A stretch of 64,000 bases of DNA. Origin: Lytechinus pictus. Its lineage: Eukaryota. Made by a program: the position numbers and the translations under genes. Below the pieces are notes generated by a model. That model had not been told where the DNA came from and searched no databases. It saw nothing but the letters and a program-made list of their open reading frames with translations. Below are positions 11,000-24,509 of the stretch, piece after piece. Where the stretch lies: contig NC_087245.1 of assembly GCF_037042905.1 (NCBI RefSeq), positions 35,404,001 through 35,468,000 on the forward strand. The letters run 5' to 3'. Numbering within the stretch: position 1 is the stretch's first letter; each line of letters starts with the position of its first letter.

Positions 11000-12650
11000 T
11001 ATTTCTAAAGAATAATACCTCCTATCTCTCTCCAAGTAACAATATTTCTCAAACAATATTTCCACGTTTCACAACCGTACCTGCCTCTCGGGCTAACATG
11101 TACAAAGCAGATCCTGTACTGACCTGATCGTAACCTCTCCAAATCTTAAACCTATACCAACACATTTACTTAATATCTATTAGCCTCTTACATCGGTATT
11201 CCCTCTACTATCCACTCTCTAATTCTGAACCATTTCTTTGCTAAATTAAATGCACTCTCTACGATAATCACTGGAAAATAAGCGCATATACTGTATATGC
11301 AACTGTTCTTAGAATCCCATCACGCTCATTTGTTTCAGTTCCATACATCACCATTCTGTTCATTCTTTGATGAATAGTTCATACTCCGAAGAATCAATGC
11401 TATAACGACAAAGTCCCGCTGTCGCAAATCTTGCTAAACAGCACTCCATCGGTGTTTAAGTCGCATACGTTGGAGTTAAGGATGGGACGGGGGTGCATCC
11501 TGCCCCAGACTACGTGCCATCTAAAATTGAATAACGGCCAGAAAACACTCTCTACTACATGTATATGGTTCAGATTCTATGAATAGTTATAATCATAATT
11601 AAAGCACTAGAGCATCTTACTAAATAATTACTAACTAATTCAGAGTCTATGATATCCTTCCATATTCCATTTAAAGTCCAATGACTCCCTATAAATAAAC
11701 AATCCGTCTTGAAATGCTGACATAAATGGGTTTTCTAAAAGTTCAAACAACAATAAAGGATAAAAATCAAACAATTCTATTATAGGGTTTACTCAAATAC
11801 TTTATAAGTAGGCCATAAAGAATCATCCATTTACTATAATAAAGTATCCTTTATCATAAGTCAGTATTGTTTCTTTCACATACATTATTTCTTTTACTTT
11901 TAAAACATACAAAAGCTCATAAGTCAACTCACCGGTGGTGCTGAATGAACCAAGTGTATACAGAATCGATGAAATACCCTGTCAAAACAGGTTCTTCTCC
12001 TGTTCTCAAACTTGGAGAATTAGAAGACTAAACCAAAAATTATTGAAGAAATTAAATGAACAAAATCTCCCGAGGATCCATGCCCAGGCTTGGCATGTCC
12101 TCCTTCTCTAACTGGCTGGGTGTGTCTGCCCCAAATGTACCTTTCCACATGTTCAGTACAAGGAACATGTCCAAAGTTAATTTGCACATTGGCACCTGAA
12201 AATTCTTAAACACAAAAGCCTATCCTGGGCTGAATAAAATAAGGCATGCAGTTCAATTATCTCTTGCATTGAAGACTACAGACTAGACCCTTTCACACTA
12301 AGAAATCAAACCTCTTTCAGCAAATCTACTCACGGACATTTCAATGACCTCTGGCATATTAGGACCTCTTTCACATTAGAAAATTAATTCAATTTCATCA
12401 CTAATCTCATTTAATCATCTTTCTCTATCATTCACCACATTTCACCACCAATGGCACAAGAACTTCAAGAAGCACGTTCTTTCGCTCTCTATCTCACCTC
12501 TCTCTTATTCTGTATCATCTTAAGATACGCACAAGTAAATGCAATTCTAATTCCTCTGTGACAGTCACTTCCCCCCCATACAAAGTCTTCACCGTTGCAC
12601 TCGCCTAATTCTACTATTCAGACAGAATTTGTGCTGGTAAGGATCAGTGA
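11000..12650 (-). mobile_element. Possible highly decayed non-LTR retrotransposon remnant in NDUFV1 intron 1
   Basis: Strand-skewed composition and broken zinc-knuckle-like pieces (LRIFRCQ / FGHV / GGH) in shifting frames near 12090-12230; no intact ORF. Confidence 0.3.
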
Positions 12651-12815
12651 ATATGATATTTTTAGAACTATGTTAATATCTTGATTGCTGTGTTGGTTTT
12701 AACTATAAATTTTAACTCCTTAATAAAGTATTCTTAATTTTCTATAGTTTAAATTGAAAAGAAACTGATACGTTAATGAAGGTAAATTGATGTATCTCAT
12801 TTTCTTTAACTGTAG

Positions 12816-12883
12816 GACGACTTCAAACTCAGGCAACGTGCAGTTTAGCTACATCATCTCGACACAATGCAAGTGCGGATAAA
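12816..12883 (+). CDS. NDUFV1: NDUFV1 coding exon 2 (rest of presequence, GRLQTQATCSLATSSRHNASADK)
   Basis: Pyrimidine tract plus TAG acceptor, GTGAGT donor; phase 1 to 0 links exons 1 and 3 without stops. Confidence 0.78.
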
Positions 12884-13630
12884 GTGAGTTTATAATCATA
12901 CAAAGGAAATATACCTTGCTTTTGTTCTTGCCCTCAAAGGTGTATGACCACAAGAATATGATTTTTTTAGACATGTAGTTTTGTTCACAAAGACATTTGT
13001 CATGTGGGAGAACAATAATGTGCACTTTCACATAGTGTCATTGAAACTGAGCTAGGCCCAATCAGCTTGATGAGTATACCTACCAGTATTCGGCTTGGAT
13101 TCTCTTCTTAGTACATGTACAGCATATGGTGATACATGTATCTAAGAAGGAAATAAGGTTGACCTAAAATTTTCTCTTGTAAGAACAAGTCATGTCTTTA
13201 TTTATATCCCTTACTGAAAATTTGTTTCTGTTTGATTGGTGGAGAGCCCTTGACATGACGAATAAATTAAATTCATCGAGATCAATATAGTTTGTGATGT
13301 TAGAGTAGGATAGAATTTATTCTATTTTGCGTCCGACTGAAAAACCATGCAGTCGGGCTGCCTCCATTAGGCAAGTCGAGTGATGTGTGAAGTTGCATGA
13401 ATTAGAGCTAAGCCAATCTAGATTTTGTCCAGATCATGGAGATGGGGTTAATTGGGACTAGATAACAAATATATTTCGTTAAAACTTAATATGGACGGGG
13501 TATGAAACAAATATACCAGGCGTTTCTTTTTAAAGTATAGTGGAAGTATTCATCCTCGGTCGGTACGGCAATGTTACTATGAATTATGAAATATGAATTA
13601 CATTATGGACTGTTTATTTGTTATTGATAG

Positions 13631-13714
13631 AATGATCCTCTGAAGGATGAAGATAGGATATTTACCAATCTCTATGGCAGACATGACTGGAAGCTGAAAG
13701 GAGCAATGTCAAGG
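13631..13714 (+). CDS. NDUFV1: NDUFV1 coding exon 3 ([26 protein letters not shown])
   Basis: Conserved NDUFV1 N-terminal motif [19 protein letters not shown] boundaries. Confidence 0.95.
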
Positions 13715-14712
13715 GTGAGTAAATGTGTGCTCGTCTACTCCTCTCTTCACCTTACAATTATGACATACGCTACTTGCCAACATGGAAGCCTGCAAAAGCG
13801 GTCGACATGGCGAGGGAGGGTCTGGGAGGAGGTCTTTGGAGACATCTGAAATTTTGAAATCTGTTTGATGCATTTTAAAACGCTTTCAATTCTTAAAATA
13901 ATGTGAAAGTATAACCATGATAATTAACCCCCACTAATTCACAACACTTCTGGCAAGCATTCAAAGGAAACTGAATCGTGTTATTTGGTTAGATTATCAG
14001 TCTTATTATAGTCGTCTTTCAAAATAAAAACAATTATTTGTGGCATTTTGAAGAAGAAATGTCTTTTAGATTTTAGGCCTTCATTGATATATTATGCTTC
14101 AAAATGAAACCTTTCAAATTACATGTATATCAACATTAGTCACATGCGGTGACAAAATTCCATTCCGAGGAGTGGGGGGGGGGGGGGAATAGGATGATAG
14201 CAATATATTGACCTTAAATTAAAACTATTTTGGGGCACTCCCACATCAAGGGCTATATATTGGGGTACATGAATCATACCATCTATCACATTAGGTGATG
14301 ACATTTATTGGTTAAAAGACTTTAGATGACTATTGTTATGGTTTTGTTGTGATGTTTACGTTTAATATCAATTTGCGAGAGAGCAAAGGGAGTGAGAAAA
14401 TTATCCTGAATGGTGTCCAAAAACATCTTACAAGGAATGTGTAATTATAGGAGGGACTGAAAGCCTGGGATAAAAGTTGCTTCTGTTGTTTGAAAATACA
14501 GAGACAAATGGGGCCAAACGTCTATCAATAACGAAATGGAACTTTAAAAGAAAAGGAAAGAGAAATATAAAGTTGTTCACATTGAAAATGAGAAAATTCC
14601 ACTATTCACTGGTTACAAAGAGGTGAAATGAGAAAGAAAATGGGATCATGAGTATTTGGAATAAGGTTGCCTTAGAAGTGAATTATATGAATTTATTCCG
14701 CTCGCTATACAG

Positions 14713-14861
14713 GGAGACTGGTACAAGACAAAGGAGATTCTGCTGAAAGGACATGAATGGATATTAAAAGAGATAAGAGACTCTGGTCTAAGAGGAAGAG
14801 GTGGTGCAGGCTTCCCAACCGGTATGAAGTGGGGTTTCATGAACAAGCCATCGGATGGAAG
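14713..14861 (+). CDS. NDUFV1: NDUFV1 coding exon 4 ([13 protein letters not shown]...[17 protein letters not shown])
   Basis: NuoF/NDUFV1 glycine-rich nucleotide-binding loop [14 protein letters not shown] boundaries. Confidence 0.97.
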
Positions 14862-15410
14862 GTAATTATAACATTGACAATCAAATAAGTGGGTAATTTG
14901 CTTGTGTTCAATCTTTTGGGACAGAAGAGTAATAAAACACATAATCTTGCCTGAAATGTCTGCTCTTACTTGGGCGAATATTGACTTACGGAAGTTTGAC
15001 TTTAGGCAAGCTTAATACCTGTACTAGGCCACATAAGGTAAAGCTTAGTTCTTGATTGTAATGACTGATTTTGATGATAGATTATATTGATCATTATGTA
15101 AATCAATTGTACATGTCAGCTGTACAATCAATTATTAAGTTGTATGCTGCTGCCCCAAGATCTTCTGTGTTATTTTGTATGGTATATTGAATTAATGTAA
15201 AAAGAAGAGATGGGGAGCATTTCATCAACCTGTATTGTTTGACAATTAGTAAGATCTGACATTTACTATGGTTAATGTCAGGTACAACAAGACTATCTGA
15301 AATGTAGATGGGTATATATCAGGGGTTTCTTAGTCTGTAGATACAGACCCTTGTTTTGGTTTTTTTTTTTGCATAGTGCATAATGCAGAGTATGACGCAG
15401 TTCCCTCTAA

Positions 15411-15578
<168 letters not shown>

Positions 15579-15582
15579 TAAG

Positions 15583-15745
15583 AATTATTATTATTATTAT
15601 TATTATTGTTGTTGGTAGAGCCATGGGAGCTAGAGCAGGTAAGAATTATTATTATTATTATTATTATTGTTGTTGTTGTTATTATCATCATCATCATTAT
15701 TATTATTATTATTATCATCATCATTGTTATTATTAATATTATTAT
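15583..15745. repeat. (TTA/TTG/TCA)n microsatellite in NDUFV1 intron 5
   Basis: Direct observation. Confidence 0.9.
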
Positions 15746-16533
15746 TTGTTTGGCGTCACCTGTGCCTGGGAGGCGAAAAGCGAACTGAATCTCTATGACC
15801 CGCAGGTCTCTCCTCCCGATATAACTGATTTAGGGGAGTTCAGTTCCCTATATCCAGAGCTCTTGTAATTTGTTATCATCTCAGTAAAATCCCCACACTC
15901 TAAGATAATTCCTGTGTGAAAGTTCTACTATTGAACAGTACCTACATGTAACCTGTGGTTATTTTCTTTGGGATAGTGCAAGTAATTTGCAGTCATGTGC
16001 ACTGGCTAAGTACTTGGAATTCTCTGATTGTGTAGAATTACAGATGAGGAAATACCTGGTATATTATGTTATTGGGTTGGTATGAAAGCAACCATTGAGG
16101 GAGAGGGGAGCTAACTGGAAGTTGGAATTGGGAAATGGGATAGGGAAATAATCAAATGGACAAGGGGCATTTGCACTTTTTTTATTGTGCAAAAAGCCTT
16201 CGAAAATTGGCGATGGATGAATTGACTTAAGCTCTTTTGAAGAAAATGATGTATAATATCCTGACAAAACAGTGAGACCAGTTTTAATTTAGTATTCTCC
16301 AAGTAGTCAGAAGATACTGAGCTATCTTGAATATCGTCCCTGGAAATTTCGTTTTAAATAAGAAACATGAAATATTATCAAACATCCCTGACATGGCTAA
16401 TGATAAGGATTTGAGACTTTTGATTCTCATACCTTTGTGTAGCGGGTAAGTATCAAGTAGACTTTAATTTTATGGATCATTGCATTTTGTAATTTTGTTC
16501 AAAGGATTTCTTGATTTTTATTTTCTATTGTAG

Positions 16534-16598
16534 CTTACATCTACATCCGTGGAGAGTTCTACAATGAGGCCTCTAACATGCAGCTTGCTATTAAAGAG
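16534..16598 (+). CDS. NDUFV1: NDUFV1 coding exon 6 (AYIYIRGEFYNEASNMQLAIKE)
   Basis: Conserved YIYIRGEF motif; AG/GT boundaries. Confidence 0.96.
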
Positions 16599-17935
16599 GT
16601 ACTACTTGTCTTCCTAAACAAGTCTTTGATTCCTTTCTCTATTTCACTATCTCTTAATCTAAGTTGAAAACTAATACATTTTCTATCCTTCTTGATATAT
16701 CTCTGTTTTTTATCTCTTCCTCCCCATAAGTTACCCTAAGAAAGATTCAATAGATTATTTCCATCAGTTAATTTCTATTTTAAGTTGTATTTAGTACTTT
16801 AGTAGTTTATGTTCTTAGTTATCAGTATTGATTGAATTAAGCACATTGATCTTTGTATTTGAGCTGTATATATTATTCTAAATATTTCTATACTACATTT
16901 TATTTCTAATTAAGTATAGTAATGATGTTTTGTTCTTCATATTATTTGTTTTTATTCTAAATATCTTGCACTATTCATACTTCCATCCTTTTATTTTCTT
17001 AGCTCTTTGAAACATATGTATAAAGTGCTTTAAAAATTTTGTGTGTATTATAAATTATTGTACATTTGATATATTTGCCATAAAAAATTACTGCTGTTCA
17101 ATATTTTATTTCACTGTTAGTTGATTATTGTCAACAAAATGTCGCAGATAACAATACATGTATATTGCAGAGTCTGAAATTGCATATTCATTGTTAGCTG
17201 TAATTCTGTGAGACGAGGGAAGGGATAAATAAACTTACGGCTTTCATTGGTGCATGTCTATGTAAAGAGGTCATTTGGGTACCAACCTATGAAATAATGG
17301 GTTGGTTTAAAAGTAATACAGAACAGCATTTTGGTCAATAAATAGTGATTGATTTTTCTTCATCGACAATATTTTGGTCATATCCTGTTAACGGGTATGT
17401 CAACATGATCATAAAACCATTATCGAATATTCATTATTTTTTTCAAAATCTCAAAATATTGCTTGTAATGTAAATATAGAAAGTCAAATATAATAAAATT
17501 GGTCCATCTATGCTTACCTTAGCATGGCATGGCTTCAATTAAAGTAGACTTTATATGGATTTTTTATATATGTACAGGTATATCATATTTTACAAAATTT
17601 ATACAAAAAATGATGTAACCCAATAGTTTATAACTTGTAATTTGAATAACCAGGAGATATGACAATGCCTGATAATTCCTCCACTCTGTCTTTCACACTC
17701 ATATGGAGATAAGCACACCAGCTATGATCCTCAATGTTAATTGTTTTATAAGATGGTTTGAATAATTACTGGGATAAGTTAAGGCATTGTTGTATTGGTA
17801 GGTCTCTTTATTTGGGAAACAGGTGTTATTAAATTTATGCATAGAAAACAGCCTTCTAGTAGAAATACCTGTATTAAGCACCTGACATGTCACTAAAATA
17901 ATGCTATTTTTGGTGTTTTTTTGTTCTGTTTTCAG

Positions 17936-18040
17936 GCTTATGAAGCAGGTTTTCTTGGAAAGAATGCATGTGGATCTGGGTATGACTTTGATGTCTACAT
18001 GCATAGGGGAGCTGGAGCTTATATCTGTGGAGAAGAAACC
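17936..18040 (+). CDS. NDUFV1: NDUFV1 coding exon 7 ([35 protein letters not shown])
   Basis: FMN-site motif [15 protein letters not shown] boundaries. Confidence 0.97.
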
Positions 18041-18076
18041 GTAAGTAGTGTTAACATCGTCAATTCATGGTACTTG

Positions 18077-18240
18077 GGTTTAATGCCAATCAGAACCGCA
18101 ATGCGGTATGGGATCGAAAAGGGGGGCAATCAAGCTAGCTCCGCGCATGCGCACTACGAACAGTCCGCAGTGCGCAGAGCTAGCTAACGGCCCCCTTTTC
18201 GATCCCATGATGCATTGTGGTTCTGATTAGGGATAAACCT
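18077..18240. mobile_element. Short palindromic MITE in NDUFV1 intron 7
   Basis: AATCAGAACCGCAATGC..ATGGGATCGAAAAGGGGG..AGCTAGCTC pairs with GAGCTAGCT..CCCCCTTTTCGATCCCAT..GCATTGTGGTTCTGATT. Confidence 0.75.
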
Positions 18241-18380
18241 TATTCTATACTAAATTTATGAATGAAGAGAAAATGTTTGAATGGATTGTTCATTTAAGTC
18301 AGAAGACGAGGGCAAGTTCATGAAACAAATTGTGACTTTCACTGACAATTTTTATAAGCTACTGAAATCCTTGCATCTGA

Positions 18381-18668
<288 letters not shown>

Positions 18669-18900
18669 TAGTGAAGAGAGTGCAGAGAAAGAGAGGTGGA
18701 GAGAGATGGCTACTGTATCATGCATGCTTCCTCAAATCTCAATGGACTTTAACATTGAAAAAGAAGCAGTATTTATAAAGTGGCTGCGCTATACAAATTC
18801 ATCTTATCATTATGTTGTTATCATTTTGTATTGTTGATGACATTTTATTTCACTTTGAATGTGATGGCTTTTATTGTAAGAGGTGGTTTTGTAAAAAATA

Positions 18901-19160
18901 AGATTATGCATACTTTTTACACAAGTTGTTTGTCGTGATTTTGTCTTTTTTTTATATTCAAAATACTTTCAACAAAATTATGATAGGCTGGTATGCTTAC
19001 CTATCTTAAGATTATGCATACTATGTACACAAGTTGTTTATAGTGATTTTGTCTATTAAAAAATTCAAAATAATTTCAACAAAATTACGCTATAGGCTGG
19101 TATGCTTACCTATTTTTAAATTATGCATACATTTTAAAGAAGTTATTTGTAGTGATTTTG
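18901..19160. repeat. About 109-bp tandem repeat, about 2.4 copies, NDUFV1 intron 8
   Basis: ATTATGCATAC occurs three times and ATAGGCTGGTATGCTTACCTAT twice at about 109-bp spacing. Confidence 0.85.
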
Positions 19161-19218
19161 AATAAGTTTATGCCAATCCATGTATGAGGCTTGTATTGCT
19201 TTATGTTACAACTTTCAG

Positions 19219-19451
19219 ATCATCTGTAGGAGGGGAGCTCCGTGGTTCGCCGGCTTTGGACGTGAACGCAACCAGGGCACCAAACTCTTCAACATCTCAG
19301 GCAATGTGAACACTCCCTGTACAGTGGAGGAATCCATGTCTATTCCTCTGAAGGTCTTGATCGAGAAGCATGCTGGTGGTGTAGAAGGTGGATGGGATAA
19401 CCTGTTGGCTGTCATACCCGGTGGCTCATCTACCCCTCTAATCCCTAAAGA
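19219..19451 (+). CDS. NDUFV1: NDUFV1 coding exon 9 ([13 protein letters not shown]...[13 protein letters not shown])
   Basis: Conserved GTKLFNISG and PGGSS motifs; AG/GT boundaries. Confidence 0.97.
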
Positions 19452-19745
19452 GTAAGCATTGAAATCTTAAGACGAGAAGTGGTAGATGATGCAGGGTAAT
19501 TGTCATAAAAGCGATTCAAAATAATCTCAAATTGTTTAGATCCAATGTCAATATCCATCATTGATATTCTACTCATATACCCCGTAACTTGAAAATTCTA
19601 CTTTTCTTTTTCTGTAGTAAATCTCATCTTTGTTTGGTTCTTCATGTTATTGTTATATCATGTACATTTTCCATGCTTGAGCCACTGATATGTCTAAGTT
19701 TCTTTATCGTTCAATAAAGTGATTAAAAATAATTATTCTTTTCAG

Positions 19746-19899
19746 TGTGTGTGAAGATGTGTTGATGGATTTTGATGCCCTGGTTGCCGCTCAGACTGGT
19801 CTTGGTACTGCTGCCGTCATTGTGATGAACAAACAGGCCGATGTTGTCCGATCTATTGCAAGGCTCATGGAGTTTTACCAGCATGAGAGCTGTGGACAG
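19746..19899 (+). CDS. NDUFV1: NDUFV1 coding exon 10 ([12 protein letters not shown]...HESCGQ)
   Basis: Start of the Fe-S cluster N3 motif HESCGQ|CTPCREG; AG/GT boundaries. Confidence 0.97.
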
Positions 19900-20779
19900 G
19901 TAAGGATCATGACCACAATGTGGTTTGATCGTTCATTTCAGACTTGGCTCGAGTTGTTACGTTTATTTGGAAAAACTTTCAATTGCTATTGATAATCAGG
20001 GGTGGTATTCTGGAACACTGTCATAACTTTTGAAATTTCTCTCCGAGATGTGACACCGCTATGATTGTCATAAATTGGTATTCTGAAAATTGTCTTTTCC
20101 CTGTCATATCTCTCTAAGTTCCCACCCATCTTTTCTGAAGCAAACCAATCAAAATCATCGTTGTTTCCCAGTGGGAGCACTTCTAGCCAATAGGAAGTCC
20201 CCGTGGCAAGTAGGGCGTATCCCCAATACAGTTGCTGGCATCACGCAACTGTGTGTATATTGATGCGCCTAATTACAAAGAGAGACAGGGAGCTGTGAAG
20301 GAATTTAAAAGAGAAGTAGAAAAATAAGGAAAACAGAGGAAAAAGGAGGAATTAATATGTAGGGCCTAATTAATTATAGCATGAAGAAATATTTTTGAAA
20401 ATTGTCATGGATGATGAGTTAAACTAATACCGCAATCTAATCTAAATATAATTATATGCTTGATATTTTGTCGGCAGGGTATCGAGATATTTGGTACTAA
20501 AAGACATGACAAAATTTATGACTGCTATCCCCGTCATAAATTATGTCATATCTTTTACTTGTATTAAATGATTAAGTGCATTTAAAGTCGCATATTTTTG
20601 GTGCGTGCTATAGACAAGAGACAAAACTTATGACAAGATTTTTTTTTTTTTTTTTTAATCAATGTTGAAATAATGCGGGTATTTACAAGACCTTAGTTAA
20701 TCAGAAATACATAAATAGATATTTACTTTAGTCAATTACATTCATAGGCTGGATGTTCAATTTTGATCTTACTTCACAG

Positions 20780-20834
20780 TGCACACCATGCAGAGAAGGA
20801 ACTGGCTGGATGACCAAGATTACTAACAGATTTG
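20780..20834 (+). CDS. NDUFV1: NDUFV1 coding exon 11 (CTPCREGTGWMTKITNRF)
   Basis: Completes the CxxCxxC 4Fe-4S motif; AG/GT boundaries. Confidence 0.96.
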
Positions 20835-21034
20835 GTAAGTTTTATTTAAAATTTTCACTGTGATCATATGGTCAGTGGACATGTTCGGGAGGGGGGCATC
20901 AAAATTGACAATTTTTTCATGATTGACAGGCTTATCTGGTACGACTCGTTAATGCTGTATTTTCTTTTTATCACTATGATTTCAGAAGAAAGAAATACCA
21001 CATGGTCAACATGAAATTGTCATGGGGATTGTTA

Positions 21035-21415
21035 TCATGATGATGGTGGTGGTGATGATGAATGTTGTAGTGATGATGATGGTGAAGTTGGATGATATGA
21101 TGATGGTTATGATAGTGAATTTGATATGATGATGATGATGGTGAAGTTGATATGATGGTGGTGGTGGTGATGGTGACGATGATGGTGAAGTTGATATGAT
21201 GCTGATGGTGGTGGTGATGATGAATAATTGTAGTGATGATGATGGTGAAGTTGGATGATATGATGATGGTTATGATGTACAACATTGCTTATTGTGGAGG
21301 TGTGGTTACAGTATTGGTGGTGATGTTGATGCCACTTTTGTTTGTGATCATAATTGCGAAAAATTGTGATGTTGATGATGATTCTGGTGATGATGAGGTT
21401 GAAGATAATGATACT
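21035..21415. repeat. GAT/GGT-rich compound microsatellite
   Basis: Direct observation; includes a repeated GATGATGGTGAAGTTG unit. Confidence 0.9.
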
Positions 21416-21687
21416 GAAAAATTATCATGGCTTATTTGGTAACCAACATTTGAAAATATCCCACCCCCACAAACAAACAGATTCATTGGGGTTATGCAAA
21501 TCTGTTCAAACTAAGGTGCAATTCAATAATAAAGTGAATAACACTGCAAAATTGGTCATAAAATTTTGCTTCAGTGAGGTGATTGAGAAGTGATTATTCA
21601 ACTCATTGAATGTAGATTTATGCAGATGAAAATGTTGTTATTGTGGACCCACCCATAATGATTTTTGTCTCTTGTGTACTTTTCCAG

Positions 21688-21797
21688 TGGAAGGCAATGC
21701 CAAGCCAGATGAGATTGATATGTTGTATGAGCTGAGTAAGCAGATTGAAGGTCATACTATCTGTGCACTCGGGGATGGTGCAGCATGGCCTGTACAG
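21688..21797 (+). CDS. NDUFV1: NDUFV1 coding exon 12 ([12 protein letters not shown]...[16 protein letters not shown])
   Basis: Fourth Fe-S cysteine in [13 protein letters not shown] boundaries. Confidence 0.97.
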
Positions 21798-22360
21798 GTA
21801 AAAAATATCATTTTTAAGATCAAGTTCACCCCAGCAAGTTTAATGAATACTGGTATAGAAAAATCAAGCAAGGATGCCACTGGAAGTTTATTAAATTTGG
21901 ATGTAAAAAGGAATTTCACTAAGTAGTTACATTCACAATCACATTACAGTTAGTATGCACATTCTGGTATCACACACAGTCATTTATCATATATTGCTGG
22001 GGGTATGAAATATATTTTCATTTTTGGTCCCACGTGCATAGCAGACTATAGGCGCCGCTTTTCCAACAGCGGCGGCTTCGTCAATGAAATCTTAACCAAG
22101 GTTCAATTTTTGAATTTTCATCATAACTTTGGAAGTATATGGACCTAGTTTCTGAAACCCAGATATAAGAGTAATCCAATATCACTGATCATCTTGCAAG
22201 AGTTTCAGGTCACATGACCAATGTTAAAGGTCATTTAGGTTCAATGAAATTTGACCATGTTCTGGGTATCAGCATTGAAATCTTTAATAATCAAGGTATG
22301 AAGGTCCTGTACTTATTTTAACATCCATTTATCCACCATTTATCTTTTTTTTTTACACAG

Positions 22361-22447
22361 GGTCTTATTCGTCACTTCCGCCCAGAGCTAGAAGCTAGGA
22401 TGAAACGGTTCCACGAGGCCAAGCAGAAAGCGTCGGCCACTGCATAA
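22361..22447 (+). CDS. NDUFV1: NDUFV1 coding exon 13, terminal (GLIRHFRPELEARMKRFHEAKQKASATA*)
   Basis: Conserved GLIRHFRPE; TAA stop at 22445-22447; exon lengths sum to 1416 nt. Confidence 0.96.
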   Translation, partial: GLIRHFRPELEARMKRFHEAKQKASATA

Positions 22448-22604
22448 AGCCTACCAATGTACACAAAGTGGTATCAACCTATCTATTAAAATCAGATATG
22501 ATATTGAATCTATGGAATTAAAATAGGTCAAGTCTTTGTATAGCAATGCCTTAAATTATCAGGGTATGTTTCACGAAGAATAGAAGATCCAAGGCTGACT
22601 ACAG

Positions 22605-22772
22605 GTGGGCGTTTCATAAAAGTTGCCAGCACTGACTAAATTGTCAGTGCTAACAATTTCAGTGAAATCCTTGGTTTTGATTGGCTGAAAGGCACTGGCC
22701 TCTGACTGTTACTATGGTAACTGTCAGAGAAAGACAACTTGTCAAAGCTGACAACTTTCATGAAACGGTCCC
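22605..22772. mobile_element. Palindromic PIF/Harbinger-like MITE inside the probable NDUFV1 3' UTR
   Basis: CAG|GTGGGCGTTTCATAAAAGTTG ... CAACTTTCATGAAACGGTCCC|CTG; CWG flanks. Confidence 0.75.
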
Positions 22773-23494
22773 CTGGTCACACTCAATTCCACCTCCCATG
22801 GGCTTAGACCAATGCAGTGGTGTGTGATATACCATATGTAACTGCAAAAAGTGTGATTCATAGATCTTTGTGAAACATCTTTACTTTCAAACTGTTGAAT
22901 GATACCGAGATTTATTTATAATTCATCAATATCCATGTGTCACAGTGGATAAGAGGGGGAGAAAAAGGGGAAGGGAATATATTCGTTTACAGAATTATCA
23001 ATTTGGTTTAACTATTTCTTCTGGTTTACCTAGTACAAACCTGTTAAATACATTGTAAAAAGACACAAATGTAACTGTGGATGATATATTCTTATTGTAT
23101 TATATATTATGTCTTCATCAACATAGTGATCTATACTGTAATTTCCTGTTATTTTATATAAAAGATCTAGTAATTTCAGAAAAGGCATTATTGAAGCTGA
23201 TAATCCTAACTACTGTATTCATCACAAGATGACCAAACTAGCTCAGTCTTTGGCATAATATCTAATACATTTCTGCAATACTGTATTAGACTGGAATACT
23301 TTCAGCACTTTTGACAATGGGAGACAATACAATGTTCTATTGGTGCCGGAAAGTCTTGAATTTGAGTCGAAAGTCAATATATATCATGTATATATTTAAA
23401 TAAGTGTCATTGCACGTTTGCTGTCTTTTACCGGGTTTGAAGACATTTACTTATATTGTAAAGAAATGAAATGACCTGTGAACTGGACAGGTGT

Positions 23495-23500
23495 AATAAA
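23495..23500 (+). terminator. Candidate polyadenylation signal of NDUFV1
   Basis: AATAAA about 1.05 kb after the stop, followed by GT/T-rich sequence. Confidence 0.45.
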
Positions 23501-24235
23501 GTGAATATTGTTCGAAACAAGTTATTTTGAATGGTGTGGTTTATTATCATCATGACTTTGTAATATAAGCCTTTCCTCAGCTCACATTGAATTGTGGGAA
23601 GTTGATGTCATATCCCCACTTTCCTTTTTCGTGTTATTACATGAAATCATTATTTCATTTTTTCATACATGTGTAAATGTGTGTCTCCATTATGATGAAA
23701 TAAGTTGCAGCAATAAATAGCTAATGCATTTAATCAGTTGGCAATCCAAGTGTTTTAGTTCTTGGTAGAAAAATTTTGAATAAACCTAATTTCATATAAT
23801 AAAAAAGTGGATATGACATCATCAGCCCACCTAATGAATATTCATAAAGACATGCCTAGAACTGTTTCACCAGAATAATGCAAATCTTGAAAATTTAATA
23901 ACTTCATTACGGTATTTATTATCCGATTTTGATCAAAAATCTCCAGCCTGGACCATCTCTTTAACCATTACATCTAAGCACATTTTGTCCAACAAGTATA
24001 TAGTCTAACAGTGGTTTGGTATATTTGGGCTATCAAAGATTTTTTTGTGAAGAAGATACATGAAAGGCAATCATACAGTGGTATATAGACTAGATTGCCA
24101 TTATGATTGAGTACCAAATAATTGTAAAGCTTCATAGTGGAAACAAAGGGCTTGTACCATCACATCAGATTGTCACATATACCTGGCCATTCGAGAAAAG
24201 GGCCCCCTAAATTCCTGAAACGTTGGGTCAAGTTT

Positions 24236-24505
24236 AATAATAAATAATAATAGACAGTTCTTGTATAGCGCATATCACGATATGAAAAATGTCTTAATGT
24301 GCTTCCAAAGGATTGGATATTATTACCCCGGCATTTCAAGGAATGAATTCCTGCCAGGTACCCATTCACCTCACCTGGGTTGAGTGCAGCACAATGTGGA
24401 TAAATTTCTTGCTGAAGGAAACTACGCCATGGCTGGGATTTGAACCCACCACCCTCCGTTTCAAAGTCCGGAGACTAATCCACTGAGCCACAAACAACGC
24501 TCTAC
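24236..24505 (-). mobile_element. tRNA-derived SINE; family copies at about 47757-48032 (+) and 63710-63880 (-, 5' truncated)
   Basis: A box TGGCTCAGTGG, B box GGTTCAAATCC, shared body GTGCTGCACTCAACCCAGGTGAGGTGAATGGGTACC, (TAT)n tail. Confidence 0.85.
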
Positions 24506-24509
24506 TTAA

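Noticed and set aside
12884..13630. Missing micro-exon encoding the usual KT.FG residues before LKDEDRIF
   Set aside because: No convincing AG/GT-bounded candidate found, and exons 2 and 3 already join in frame.
20974..21593. His-rich and Met-rich ORFs
   Set aside because: Translations of a GAT/GGT simple repeat inside an NDUFV1 intron.
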